Source: Chamaesiphon sp. (GTDB lineage Bacteria; Cyanobacteriota; Cyanobacteriia; Cyanobacteriales; Chamaesiphonaceae). Taken from it: a stretch of DNA of 12,712 nt. Under the pieces are notes generated by a model. That model searched no databases. It was not told the origin of the DNA and was given only the letters and a program-made list of their open reading frames with translations. Below, one piece after another: positions 1 through 9,526 of this stretch; position 1 is the stretch's first letter; each line of letters begins with the position of its first letter. The DNA is taken from NCBI GenBank assembly GCA_965246715.1, contig CBDFFH010000023.1, positions 1 through 12,712 on the forward strand, given 5' to 3'. Both the position numbers and the translations under genes were made by a program.

Positions 1-16
1 AACAGGACGAAAGATT

Positions 17-598
17 ATGGATACTAGATATGATTCAAGAGCAGTAGGCGTTTTTGCGAACCGTTCCGAGGCAGAGAGCGCGATCTTAGAAATGACTGAT
101 AGTGGTTTTCCGATGGAGAAAATTTCTTTAGTCGGACGTAATGCCGATCGTGAAGAGACAATTGCCGGCGTAAAAGTGCATAACAGTATCGATAATAAAG
201 CAGACGAAGGTGCGGTAGCTGGTGCAGTGACTGGTGGTGCGCTCGGCGGTATAACAGGGTTATTAGTTGGGTTAGGCACCTTGGCGATCCCTGGTGTTGG
301 GCCAATTTTACTCGCAGGCTCTTTGGCTACAACTGTGGCTACGACCCTAGCTGGAACGGCCATCGGTGCTGGTGGTGCCAGTCTGCTGGGTGCATTAGCT
401 GGTTTAGGTATTCCCGACGATCGGACACAAGTATACAGCGATTTAATCGAACAGGGCTACTATCTGGTGGTGATTGAAGGCAGCGATAGCCAGCTTCAGA
501 CTGTTGGCGAGATGCTAACTCGTCGGGGAATTCGCGAATGGCAAATTTACAACATTGCTAGTACACCTAGCTCTAACTCGACTTCACATTATCTTTAA
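17..598 (+). CDS. General stress protein-like membrane protein with glycine-zipper hydrophobic core (YflT/DUF1269-like cyanobacterial family)
   Basis: 193-aa ORF with AGGA upstream. N-terminal RAVGVF..R.EAE, central GAVTGGALGGITGLLVGLGTLAIPGVGPILLAG and C-terminal LGIPDDR..VY...I.QG.YLVVIEG match my recollection of this widespread family. Confidence 0.8.
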   Translation: MDTRYDSRAVGVFANRSEAESAILEMTDSGFPMEKISLVGRNADREETIAGVKVHNSIDNKADEGAVAGAVTGGALGGITGLLVGLGTLAIPGVGPILLAGSLATTVATTLAGTAIGAGGASLLGALAGLGIPDDRTQVYSDLIEQGYYLVVIEGSDSQLQTVGEMLTRRGIREWQIYNIASTPSSNSTSHYL

Positions 599-612
599 AG
601 AGGAAATCAATC

Positions 613-1080
613 ATGTTAACAAACAAAATTATGCTCGCTGTCCTCGGCACTTGCTTAATTGCTACAACGGGTTGTCAATCCGTTGCTAAAACTAGTGCCA
701 GTGCACCTGATTCGACTACTGAGACGATTAAAACGCCTTCGGTTGAAGCTAATAAATCTGCCAACGATGATGCAACTAGCGATACCCGCCGCAGACAATT
801 AGACTCTAATATTCGGGCCACAGAACAGCGTAATAATATCTCAAATAACGGTCAAGCGAGTAATCGTTCCGGTACAGATCTGGCTACTGAAGTAAGCAGT
901 AAATTAGAAGCTAATTTACCTGCTAGTGCGTTAAGTGTGACTGCCAAAGATGGTGCTGTGGCAATCGCTGGTACGGTACCTACCAAAGCACAATACGATC
1001 GCATTCAAACCCTTGCTAAAGAAATTAAAGGTGTCACTAGTGTAACGATGAAAGTAGCTGTGGCTCCAGCTAAAAAATAA
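613..1080 (+). CDS. BON-domain (OsmY-like) lipoprotein
   Basis: RBS AGAGGA at 599-604; hydrophobic signal ending in lipobox-like TTGC; C-terminal LSVTAKDGAVAIAGTVPT...IQTLAKEIKGVTSV is a BON domain pattern. Starts 14 bp after the previous gene, so probably co-transcribed. Confidence 0.85.
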   Translation: MLTNKIMLAVLGTCLIATTGCQSVAKTSASAPDSTTETIKTPSVEANKSANDDATSDTRRRQLDSNIRATEQRNNISNNGQASNRSGTDLATEVSSKLEANLPASALSVTAKDGAVAIAGTVPTKAQYDRIQTLAKEIKGVTSVTMKVAVAPAKK

Positions 1081-1177
1081 CTTTCAGCGATCGTGAGCGG
1101 GTGCATTTAGTGCGATCGATCCACTTCGATGTCAACTGTCAACTTTCAACTGAATGAACATTCTTTAACTCGAAGTG

Positions 1178-1381
1178 ATGTCTATAAGTCAAGTGCAAGT
1201 AACGCGAATTCACTGTCCCAATTGTGGCAATTGTCATTGTGAACGCATAAATGTACTGGATCGATCGATTCAGCGGATTGAGTGTATTAAATGTGATTAT
1301 TTGTTGATTACTTGTACTCGGACTCATCGAGTTATCGAAGCTTATGCTCCGGGAATTCGAGCTAATTTTAATTTTCAATAG
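1178..1381 (+). CDS. Small conserved cyanobacterial zinc-ribbon protein (family often auto-labelled 'replication restart helicase PriA', but far too short to be PriA)
   Basis: IHCPNCG...IECIKCDYLLITCTRT.RVIEAYAPGI: two CxxC pairs plus the EAYAPG ending I recall for this family. ATG at 1178; in-frame GTG at 1175 is an alternative start. Confidence 0.75.
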   Translation: MSISQVQVTRIHCPNCGNCHCERINVLDRSIQRIECIKCDYLLITCTRTHRVIEAYAPGIRANFNFQ

Positions 1382-1407
1382 CTCAACTTCTCACCTGTTG
1401 CGCCAGT

Positions 1408-2256
1408 CTATTTGGACGATGGAGAAAGGGTAACACCTGTCGCGTAGGGACTAATTCCTTTGTCAGCAAGAGTTGCTTCTATTTCTAAGCGTTTGACTTT
1501 GAGTTGATATTCACGAACTAAAGGATCGATTGCTTTGATATTGATTGCTTCTGCTTCAAGTGTGGCTTTTTTTGCTTGGATTAGTTTGAGCTTAGATGCT
1601 TCGTTTGCGGTTGCTGCTTTCAGGGCAGATTGTTGTGCTAATTGGTCATTAAAGGATTTACCGAAGTCGGCAATGCCAGTGATTCTCACCTCTTGAATGT
1701 GGACCATTTTGCCATATTCTTTTTGGAGAGCTGCTTTTACTTTTTCCGCAACATCAGGGAGGTTAGAGTTGAAAGTTGCAGGATCTAAACCTGCACCGAC
1801 TTGAATAATTGCATTTTGAGTCGAAGCATATAAGTTTTGAGCTTTAAAATGATCTTCATCAACTCTTAAGACTTTAGCAACTGTACCAATAGATTCTTGA
1901 GTTGGTTCAAATGTAATAATCACCTGAACATTAATTGTGCCCTTTATATTTTGGGCGGCGAAGTGAATTGATTGATCGATTGCTTTACCCTGATCCATCC
2001 TTGAAGAATAGTCTACTAACTGTTGACCAGTTGAATAAATTAAAACTTTATCAAATGGGCCATAGTTAAATTTACCAGAATAAATATCTACTTTGTCTTT
2101 TTCCCCACCTGAAGCATGATAGACTGCTGCAACCTGACCTGCACTAAGTGTTTCCCAACTTGTAACTCCGAAAATTGCACCAGAGGAACAAGCAGTTGAA
2201 CTTGTCGCAACTACTGCAACTAAAGTTGAAAAACTAAGCTGTTTGAGATTAGACAT
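1408..2256 (-). CDS. SPFH/band-7 (prohibitin-like) domain lipoprotein
   Basis: Start reassigned to ATG 2256 (MSNLKQ..., preceded by AAGGA). Signal with lipobox-like STAC; spacing of AGQVAAVY, INVQVIITF and VHIQEVRITG followed by an Ala/Lys/Glu-rich coiled coil fits SPFH architecture. Family call is by pattern, not by search. Confidence 0.65.
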   Translation of the reverse strand: MSNLKQLSFSTLVAVVATSSTACSSGAIFGVTSWETLSAGQVAAVYHASGGEKDKVDIYSGKFNYGPFDKVLIYSTGQQLVDYSSRMDQGKAIDQSIHFAAQNIKGTINVQVIITFEPTQESIGTVAKVLRVDEDHFKAQNLYASTQNAIIQVGAGLDPATFNSNLPDVAEKVKAALQKEYGKMVHIQEVRITGIADFGKSFNDQLAQQSALKAATANEASKLKLIQAKKATLEAEAINIKAIDPLVREYQLKVKRLEIEATLADKGISPYATGVTLSPSSK

Positions 2257-2662
2257 TTCTGTTTGTTCCTTGTAAATAATGTTGAAGTGATTTAAATGGA
2301 AAACTTGCATCAAAAATTAAGTCGTTACGACTATTTTTAAAAGCAAGTTCAATTGCGTCTATCTGTTTTGATGTAAGATTTATAAAATAGATTGGATCGA
2401 TCGATTCATATTCGACATGATTACCGATATCTATAAATTGCTTTAAGTATGTTTTTTTACGTTTTCCAATTGTCAATAATTTTAGTAACAAACATACATC
2501 ACTAAGCGGGAAACCGAACAACAAAGCAATTCTTCCAAAGTCTATTATAGGTGCATACCATGTAGCACCGTTAACAATATGATTAGGAAGACTAAAGCCA
2601 CCGACAATTATTCCGAGTTGGAGCGAGCCAATAATTGACCAATTCTTAAGACTATGTTTCAT
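2249..2662 (-). CDS. Hypothetical membrane protein (about 2 N-terminal hydrophobic segments), translationally coupled to the SPFH gene
   Basis: 137-aa ORF in AT-rich DNA; hydrophobic stretches WSIIGSLQLGIIVGGFSL and IALLFGFPLSDVCLLLKLL followed by KRKK; its stop overlaps the SPFH start by 8 bp (ATGTCTAA). Confidence 0.6.
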   Translation of the reverse strand: MKHSLKNWSIIGSLQLGIIVGGFSLPNHIVNGATWYAPIIDFGRIALLFGFPLSDVCLLLKLLTIGKRKKTYLKQFIDIGNHVEYESIDPIYFINLTSKQIDAIELAFKNSRNDLIFDASFPFKSLQHYLQGTNRNV

Positions 2663-3301
2663 ACATCTTTATCATCAGCGAAAGCATGGATAAATTGCAT
2701 ATCGCATATTTTTTAAAGGATTTTTTCTGATTTTAATAACAATATTATTATGCTCACAATTGTTGAAGGATATCATCTTAATACCGATCGTATCTACTGA
2801 CGTTAAATTCGATCCTTACGAGGTCGATCGAGTTTGTTAGGTAGAATTGCCTCTAATTTTGTCTGGAGCTGAAAATATAGATATGTTGAGTATATTTTTT
2901 TACTTCGTCCATAGTATAATATTTACCAACAGGATGTATAGGAGAGCGGATAATTTATAAGCTGTTTTACATCTAAATTTTTAACTGAATCACTTATGGC
3001 AAGGGTTGTAGGGGACAAAAAGAGTGTTTTAAATGTTTGACAGCTTAGTCTGTTCGGACTGCCAATCTCAGTAGTATGAGCTCGGTTGTTGTTACAATCG
3101 AAACCACTGCCCTAGGAAGTAGGGACGTGAATGTCTAGCTTTGCTAAGATTTGGCGGAGACGATAACTAATATTTTTCAGCTGAAATCGATCGCATGTCT
3201 GATGAAAGTGTTCGCTAAATTTAATCGATCGTTGCATATACCAAAAATTCTCACCCAAAAGATCGACATTATCTAAATTATTTAGTTGAGAGGGACACCA
3301 G

Positions 3302-4255
3302 ATGCAGATTCGAACTATCCTCGTGGGAATGACCAGTCTGATGATTGTCAGCTTTAGTCCGATCTTGCCCACAATGGCGAGAGCTTTAGACAAACCATCA
3401 ATTAAATTAGCTCAAGCAGATCCAGAGCGCGAGCGCCTAATCCAGCAGCAGCGAGACGCAGAAAGTACTCTCAAACAAGGAGAACAACTCCGCCAAGACA
3501 TCCGCAACAACAGCCGAGATGGTAATTTGGAGCAAAAAGCGACAGAGCAAATTAACAAAGTTCGGGACTTTGGTGACGATCCCCAAAAAATCCGCGATGC
3601 TCAATCCGAAATTAATCGCCTCCGCGAAGAGAATAAAGGCAATCGTTTCTACAATGGATACTATCCCTACAATGGATATTATCCCTACAATGAGTTTGAC
3701 CGATATCCCTCGATCGTTCCCAGCAATGGTACGATCGAAAGGCGATCGTCACCATCACCCGCTCCGGTGAGTCAAACTGAACCTCCTCGACCAAAAAATA
3801 ATACTAAGCTTTCTGTTTCCACAGGGTTTAAAGATGGTAAAGTCGCTCCAGCAATAGGAATAAGATGGAATAATTTGGGGTTAGAATTTGGGGCAATCTT
3901 TAATGCAGATGCTCTACCCGGTACGCTCAATGATTTTGCTCCCCCTAAGTTTTTTCCCTTCGCTAACGACTTAGGGATTAAGAAAACATCCGAGCAATAT
4001 GGGGGAGATATTTTAGGATATATTGATTTGAATCCATCTGTAGCTATCTATGGGGGACTCGGTGTATATTTCCAAAATAAATCTAGCATCGTCCAGTCTC
4101 AAGTTACCAATGAGTTGTACAAGCAAAGCGATGCAACAGAGGTAACTCCCGCTGTTAGTGCTGGTGTTGATTATAATCTGTCTGATTCTGTTAATCTTGG
4201 CATTGGTTATCATTCGTTGCGGGGGATTACTGGCAAAATTGGGATTAGCTTTTAG
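3302..4255 (+). CDS. Exported protein with N-terminal coiled coil and C-terminal outer-membrane beta-barrel-like domain
   Basis: RBS GAGAGGGA upstream; Sec-type signal; Gln/Glu/Arg-rich helical region; Pro/Ser linker; amphipathic strands (VAIYGGLGVY, VSAGVDYNL, VNLGIGY) and terminal GKIGISF with C-terminal Phe typical of OMPs. Confidence 0.7.
   Translation: MQIRTILVGMTSLMIVSFSPILPTMARALDKPSIKLAQADPERERLIQQQRDAESTLKQGEQLRQDIRNNSRDGNLEQKATEQINKVRDFGDDPQKIRDAQSEINRLREENKGNRFYNGYYPYNGYYPYNEFDRYPSIVPSNGTIERRSSPSPAPVSQTEPPRPKNNTKLSVSTGFKDGKVAPAIGIRWNNLGLEFGAIFNADALPGTLNDFAPPKFFPFANDLGIKKTSEQYGGDILGYIDLNPSVAIYGGLGVYFQNKSSIVQSQVTNELYKQSDATEVTPAVSAGVDYNLSDSVNLGIGYHSLRGITGKIGISF
3649..3692 (+). repeat. 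In-frame 18-bp tandem repeat (about 2.4 copies) encoding YNGYYP
   Basis: CTACAATGGATACTATCC (3649-3666), CTACAATGGATATTATCC (3667-3684), CTACAATG (3685-3692). Confidence 0.9.
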
Positions 4256-4404
4256 CTTTCTTTTGAGGTAGATCGAATTAGTTGACTCAGATTTAATCTG
4301 AATCGATCGAGTATTAACATCGATTCGGTAAGCCTCACTGGGATCGATCGACCGATATCGGCTAAAATATTTAATAGTCTCCTCACGATAGTGGAACACT
4401 TGCC

Positions 4405-5160
4405 GTGCTTTCTAATCTTATTGCTGACTTCCGGATCATCTTCGATCGCGACCCCGCCGCACGTAACTGGGTCGAAGTGCTGTTCTGCTATCCTGGCTTG
4501 CAAGCATTATCTTTGCATCGATTTGCCCATTTGCTCTATTTAGCGCGGATTCCGTTCTTCCCCCGCTTAATTTCTCACCTGGCAAGATTTTTTACAGGGA
4601 TTGAAATTCACCCAGGCGCGACCATCGGGAAGGGGGTATTTATCGATCATGGCATGGGTGTAGTGATTGGAGAAACCGCCATCATCGGCGATTATGCATT
4701 GATTTATCAGGGTGTAACCTTAGGCGGTACGGGTAAAGAAAGCGGCAAACGTCACCCCACCCTCGGCGAAAATGTCGTTGTTGGTGCGGGAGCTAAAGTA
4801 TTGGGCAATTTACAAATCGGGAGTAATGTCCGCATTGGTGCGGGTTCGGTGGTATTGCGAGATGTCCCGAGCGATTGTACGGTAGTAGGAATTCCCGGGC
4901 GGATTTTATATCGAGCGGGCGAGCGGGTTGGGCCATTGGAACATGGTAGCTTACCCGATACCGAAGCAGAAGTAATTCGCGCATTAGTCGATCGAATTGA
5001 AAGTTTAGAGCAACAAGTTCAAAAAGTTCAAACCGAACGGGTTTGTAATGAGATTATTCAAGGAGTCGAAACGCCATCAGCCGAGGAACTGGAACTACCA
5101 CCTCGTTGTAATTTAAATGATAAGATCGTGCGTCAATTCTTAGATGGCGCGGGGATTTAG
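4405..5160 (+). CDS. cysE: Serine O-acetyltransferase
   Basis: [46 protein letters not shown] and KRHPTLG hexapeptide-repeat motifs; GTG start; cyanobacterial-type C-terminus ending FLDGAGI. Confidence 0.97.
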   Translation: MLSNLIADFRIIFDRDPAARNWVEVLFCYPGLQALSLHRFAHLLYLARIPFFPRLISHLARFFTGIEIHPGATIGKGVFIDHGMGVVIGETAIIGDYALIYQGVTLGGTGKESGKRHPTLGENVVVGAGAKVLGNLQIGSNVRIGAGSVVLRDVPSDCTVVGIPGRILYRAGERVGPLEHGSLPDTEAEVIRALVDRIESLEQQVQKVQTERVCNEIIQGVETPSAEELELPPRCNLNDKIVRQFLDGAGI

Positions 5161-5329
5161 GTACTTTGAAACAGATTACAGATTGGAGATCGAGACTAGC
5201 CGATCTTGCGAGTGTGTAGGTTCGCGGTATTCTAGAGAGCGAACTTGTTTTAAAAGCGATCGGTTATTACGTCGATAATTACTGGCTGTTAACTGTTTAA
5301 ACCCCGCAGCTACCTATTTGACAATCTAC

Positions 5330-7585
5330 ATGATTAAAAGACCATTAACTGTTTTATGTTTGGGCTTAATTTTCCTGCCCCAGGTAGGAGTATTTGCCAA
5401 CGAGTTAGGTGCTCTACCTGCTTTAGCTGCCGATAATCCGGCGATGTTCGGTCATCAGCAGGCTCAGGGTAAAGCAGGGCAAAGATTAGATCGATCGAGC
5501 GTCGATCGGCAGCGTCAAAATTTAAATCATCATCGGGATCCACTCGATCGAACCTCGTCGTCTCAACCTGCCAATCGTCTACTCGCTCAAGCAACCGCAC
5601 CCCAACCAGAAAAGTTTAACCAAAAAATAATTGGCTGCGATATCTTCATCGCTGGCGGTGGTTTGAGTGGTGCTGCAACTGCCTATGAAAGCCTGCTTGC
5701 TGGTAAACAAGTCTGTATGACCGACATTACCGACTGGGTAGGCGGACAACTCACAGCTCAAGGTGTCGCCGCACTAGACGAACGCCCCACCCAACGGACA
5801 AAAAAATATTTTCCGCGCGGCTATCTGGAATTTCGTCAGCAACTAGAAAACTACTACGGCACATTAAATCCTGGTAAATGCTGGGTCAGCGAAGCTTGTT
5901 TCTTACCCAAAGATGGTCATAAAATATTGTTTGGGATGCTCCAGACTGCCGAGCGCAAGGGTAAAGGAAAATTACACTGGTATCCCAATACCGTCGTCAA
6001 AGACTTAATTACTGCCCAAAGAGGTGGGGGACAGCAAATTAATGGGGTGGTAGCAATTCAACATCAACCCCAACCTGGAACTCCGCCGATTAATAGCGAA
6101 CCCCTATCTAAATCGATCGAAGATGCCTATAGTTACGCAGACTCGCCACGATTTCAGAAGCAAAAAATCATCTTCGTCTCAACTTATAAAACACCAAAAC
6201 AGAAAGCCTCTAAACCAGCCGATTGGTATGTTGTCGATGCCACAGAGACTGGCGAACTAATTGGCTTAGCCGATGTTCCCTACCGTTTGGGCAGCGATCC
6301 TCGCTCTGCGGAGGAACCCTCGGCGGCAACTACCACAGGCGATCCTTACTGCACTCAAGGGTTCACCTATCCATTTGCGATGGAAACAACAGCAACACCG
6401 CAACCTCAAAACCCCCCACCTTTTTATCAACAATACGCGCCCTACTATAGCTACGAACTCAGCCGCCTGGCAGATTTTGGCCTAGTTTACACTTATCGGC
6501 GGATTTGGAGTCCAAATAATGGCAAAGCCAGCAAATTTGGGGGGATTAATTACACCGCTCCCGCTCCTGGCGATATCTCGATGCAAAACTGGACGTGGGG
6601 TAATGATTATCGTCCCGGTAGCTCCCAAGATAATTTAATTCTCGATCGATCGCAATTGCAAGCTACTAATCAGTTGCAACCAGGTGGCTGGATGGGTGGC
6701 TTACGCACGGATACCCTCCGCAAAGGTGAAGAAAACGCCCTGGGCTTCTATTACTGGCTAGTTGCCGGGACTACCGATGCGCTGGCTAACCCCAATCCCA
6801 ACTCACAACAGCACTGGGTAAAAACGCCCAATCCTAATCAACGCTATGTTACAGGCTTAGATGCGCCGATGGGCACCGCTCACGGTTTATCTAAATATCC
6901 CTATATTCGCGAAGGACGCAGGATCGTCGGCAGACCTACCTATGGTTATAAAGATGGTTTTACCATCTCAGAAGTAGATATCAGCCGCAACAACCTGCTG
7001 GATTCCAGCAAAATGCCCGAACTACCCGCAGCCAAATATCGGCGGCTTAAGGCGACTTTAGCAGGTGTAAAAGCCTGGAACGTGCTGACCGCTCGCGATC
7101 GCTCCCAGGGTAACAAGATTACCAGAAAACGGGCGACTATGTATGCCGACACAGTAGGGATCGGACACTACGCGATCGATTTTCATCCCTGTATGCAAAA
7201 CACTCCGCCTGAATCACCGCATAATAGGGAACGGGATGGCGAACGGATTGGTGGCGGACAAGCTTATCCCTTCCAGATTCCGCTCCGAGCAATGATTCCT
7301 CAAAAGATCGATAATATGTTAGTAGTCGGCAAAAGTATCGCTACCAGTCACATCGCTGCTGCTGCTTACCGCGTCCACTCGTTTGAGTGGTCTGCTGGTG
7401 CCGCTGCGGGCAATACCGCTGCTTTTGCACTCGATCGAAACATCACCCCCGCTCAAATGGTCGAATCTCTCCCCAACCCTTCACCCCCAATTCTCGAATT
7501 ACGCAAACGTCTAGAATCTAGCAACAATCCTACTTCTTTCCCCAATACTTCAATTTTTAATAATAATTGGCAAGAGTGGAAGTAA
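5330..7585 (+). CDS. FAD-dependent oxidoreductase (FAD_oxidored-like family) with N-terminal signal peptide
   Basis: Rossmann motif DIFIAGGGLSGAATA, WVGGQLTAQGVAALDE, VVDATETGEL, YPYIREGRRI, YPFQIPLRAMIP and MLVVGKSIATSHIAAAAYRVH. ATG 5330 preferred over TTG 5318. Confidence 0.85.
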   Translation: MIKRPLTVLCLGLIFLPQVGVFANELGALPALAADNPAMFGHQQAQGKAGQRLDRSSVDRQRQNLNHHRDPLDRTSSSQPANRLLAQATAPQPEKFNQKIIGCDIFIAGGGLSGAATAYESLLAGKQVCMTDITDWVGGQLTAQGVAALDERPTQRTKKYFPRGYLEFRQQLENYYGTLNPGKCWVSEACFLPKDGHKILFGMLQTAERKGKGKLHWYPNTVVKDLITAQRGGGQQINGVVAIQHQPQPGTPPINSEPLSKSIEDAYSYADSPRFQKQKIIFVSTYKTPKQKASKPADWYVVDATETGELIGLADVPYRLGSDPRSAEEPSAATTTGDPYCTQGFTYPFAMETTATPQPQNPPPFYQQYAPYYSYELSRLADFGLVYTYRRIWSPNNGKASKFGGINYTAPAPGDISMQNWTWGNDYRPGSSQDNLILDRSQLQATNQLQPGGWMGGLRTDTLRKGEENALGFYYWLVAGTTDALANPNPNSQQHWVKTPNPNQRYVTGLDAPMGTAHGLSKYPYIREGRRIVGRPTYGYKDGFTISEVDISRNNLLDSSKMPELPAAKYRRLKATLAGVKAWNVLTARDRSQGNKITRKRATMYADTVGIGHYAIDFHPCMQNTPPESPHNRERDGERIGGGQAYPFQIPLRAMIPQKIDNMLVVGKSIATSHIAAAAYRVHSFEWSAGAAAGNTAAFALDRNITPAQMVESLPNPSPPILELRKRLESSNNPTSFPNTSIFNNNWQEWK

Positions 7586-7597
7586 ATTATGAATATA

Positions 7598-7699
7598 CTG
7601 TAGGGGATGGGGGCTGTTTTGTTCTAGTGATGAGGGTAGGTTTTGTTGAAAGATTACTTGTAAATATCGCAGGATACTTGCATAAACCTACCCCTACAG
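7598..7699. repeat. REP/MITE-like intergenic inverted repeat (GTAGGG...CCCTAC type)
   Basis: GGGTAGGTTT (7634-7643) is the reverse complement of AAACCTACCC (7684-7693); CTGTAGGGG (7598-7606) is the reverse complement of CCCCTACAG (7691-7699). Confidence 0.6.
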
Positions 7700-7816
7700 A
7701 TCCTAAATAATGCCCAGGATGAAATAATGAAATAGCCCTGCTGTATGGGTACTCGCCAAGGGATTAAATATTAGTAGTAAAAATGGTCGATCGATCGCAA
7801 CTGTTTAAAGTCCCAC

Positions 7817-7844
7817 TTCATAATTCATAATTCATAATTCATAA
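7817..7844 (+). repeat. Heptamer tandem repeat (STRR-like), (TTCATAA)x4, immediately upstream of clpS
   Basis: Four perfect TTCATAA copies ending 9 bp before the clpS ATG; 7-bp tandem repeats are a known feature of cyanobacterial genomes. Confidence 0.9.
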
Positions 7845-7853
7845 TTTTTAGAT

Positions 7854-8135
7854 ATGGTTTCAACGACTGAAAAGTCCAGTCAAACAATTGCCAAGCCTTA
7901 TCCAAACTTTAAAGTCATTGTCCTAGATGATGATGTTAATACCTTCGAACACGTTCATTATTGTTTGATGACTTATATTCCTGGTATGAATGAAGAGCAG
8001 GCTTGGAATTTAACCAATCAAGTCCACTTTGAAGGTAGCGCGATCGTGTGGTTAGGGCCACAAGAGCAAGCCGAACTATATCACGAGCAGTTACGTCGTG
8101 CTGGATTGACAATGGCACCATTAGAAGCCGCCTGA
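7854..8135 (+). CDS. clpS: ATP-dependent Clp protease adaptor ClpS
   Basis: YPNFKVIVLDDDVNTFEHV, TNQVHFEGSAIVW.GPQEQAELYHEQLRRAGLTMAPLE: cyanobacterial ClpS. Confidence 0.95.
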   Translation: MVSTTEKSSQTIAKPYPNFKVIVLDDDVNTFEHVHYCLMTYIPGMNEEQAWNLTNQVHFEGSAIVWLGPQEQAELYHEQLRRAGLTMAPLEAA

Positions 8136-8151
8136 ACATCTCTTAAATAAC

Positions 8152-8197
8152 CAGGAAAGAGAGGTAGAAATGCAATTCGATCTAACTCTCTTTCCTG
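8152..8197. terminator. Stem-loop between convergent clpS and glgC, probable bidirectional terminator or 3' stabiliser
   Basis: CAGGAAAGAGAG (8152-8163) pairs perfectly with CTCTCTTTCCTG (8186-8197), extended by TAGA/TCTA after one mismatch. No strong U-tract. Confidence 0.65.
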
Positions 8198-8236
8198 CTA
8201 TTATTTCAACTTGAGCCTAGAATTAAAATTTTAGAT

Positions 8237-9526
8237 TTAGATAATCGTGCCATTCGCAATCGTCGCATTTTTGAGAATTACAATAATACCACTGCGGATG
8301 TAGAAACCTTCATCTTCTCGTTGGGCTTCTTCAACTCCTTCCTTGTTGATAATCATCACATTAGAACCAATCCGGGCATTTTTATCGACGATCGCACGAC
8401 GAATGGTACTATTTGCACCAATCCCGATCGGAATCCCACCCGTTTCGACTTGAGTTTGACGTTCGGGGGCAGGTTCGTAGAAGTCAGCACCCATAATCAG
8501 CGTATCCTCGATCGTGCAACCTTCCATAATTCGCGTTCGTACACCCAAGACGGAGTGGTGAATCCGACATTTTTTAATGATGCAACCTTCACCAATCATC
8601 GATTCAGTTACTTGAGCATCTAATAATTTTGTGGGCGGGAGGTAACGAGAGCGAGTATAAATCGGCGCTTGTTCGTCGTAGAAGCTAAATGGGGGCGTGG
8701 GTTGCTGAGTCAGCGCTAGATTCGCATCGTAGAACGACTCGATCGTTCCAATATCCTCCCAGTAATCATCAAACAGATACGCTTGAATATTATGAGTTGC
8801 CGCAGCACCAGGGATAATTTCTTTCCCAAAGTCAGTTTGCTGTAGCGATTTTTGGAGTAAATCTACGAGTACCTGCTTCTTGAACACATAAATTCCCATT
8901 GAGGCAATATATGGCTTCTCGGCGGCTTGTTCGGCGTTCAGACCCAATTTGGAAGTGTCTACACGCATTTTCTTTAGCTCTTCACCCTTAGGTTTCTCAC
9001 TAAATTCAACCACGCGCCCAGCGGGATCGATTTTCATCAGTCCAAATTCAGACGCATTTTTCTCGCTGATGGGTACCACCGACAGCGTGATGTCTGCATT
9101 AGTCTCGCGATGACGATCGACAAATAGTCGATAGTCCATCCGATACAGGTGATCGCCAGAAAGAATGATCACATTGTCTATATCCCATTCTTGAATCAGG
9201 GATAAATACTGACGCACGGCATCTGCAGTACCCTGGAACCAGTCGGTGTTATCCTTAGTTTGTTGAGCCGCGAGGACTTCAACGAATCCATCGCTAAATC
9301 CCGAAAAATTGTAAGCGCGAGCTAAATGACGATTGAGCGAAGCTGAATTAAATTGCGTCAGGACATAGATTTTGAAAATCTCGGAATTGATGCAGTTACT
9401 TACTGGGATATCGATCAGTCGATATTTACCTGCCAGCGGCACGGCTGGTTTTGCCCGCAGTTTCGTCAGGGGATACAACCTGGTGCCTGCACCACCACCC
9501 AAAATAATCGCTAAAACTTTTTTCAT
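8237..9526 (-). CDS. glgC: Glucose-1-phosphate adenylyltransferase (ADP-glucose pyrophosphorylase)
   Basis: [68 protein letters not shown]. Start set at ATG 9526 with RBS AAGAGG; 429 aa. Confidence 0.98.
   Translation of the reverse strand: MKKVLAIILGGGAGTRLYPLTKLRAKPAVPLAGKYRLIDIPVSNCINSEIFKIYVLTQFNSASLNRHLARAYNFSGFSDGFVEVLAAQQTKDNTDWFQGTADAVRQYLSLIQEWDIDNVIILSGDHLYRMDYRLFVDRHRETNADITLSVVPISEKNASEFGLMKIDPAGRVVEFSEKPKGEELKKMRVDTSKLGLNAEQAAEKPYIASMGIYVFKKQVLVDLLQKSLQQTDFGKEIIPGAAATHNIQAYLFDDYWEDIGTIESFYDANLALTQQPTPPFSFYDEQAPIYTRSRYLPPTKLLDAQVTESMIGEGCIIKKCRIHHSVLGVRTRIMEGCTIEDTLIMGADFYEPAPERQTQVETGGIPIGIGANSTIRRAIVDKNARIGSNVMIINKEGVEEAQREDEGFYIRSGIIVILKNATIANGTII

Noticed and set aside
1175..1381. 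Calling this gene priA
   Set aside because: About 67 aa with only a zinc ribbon; no helicase motifs.
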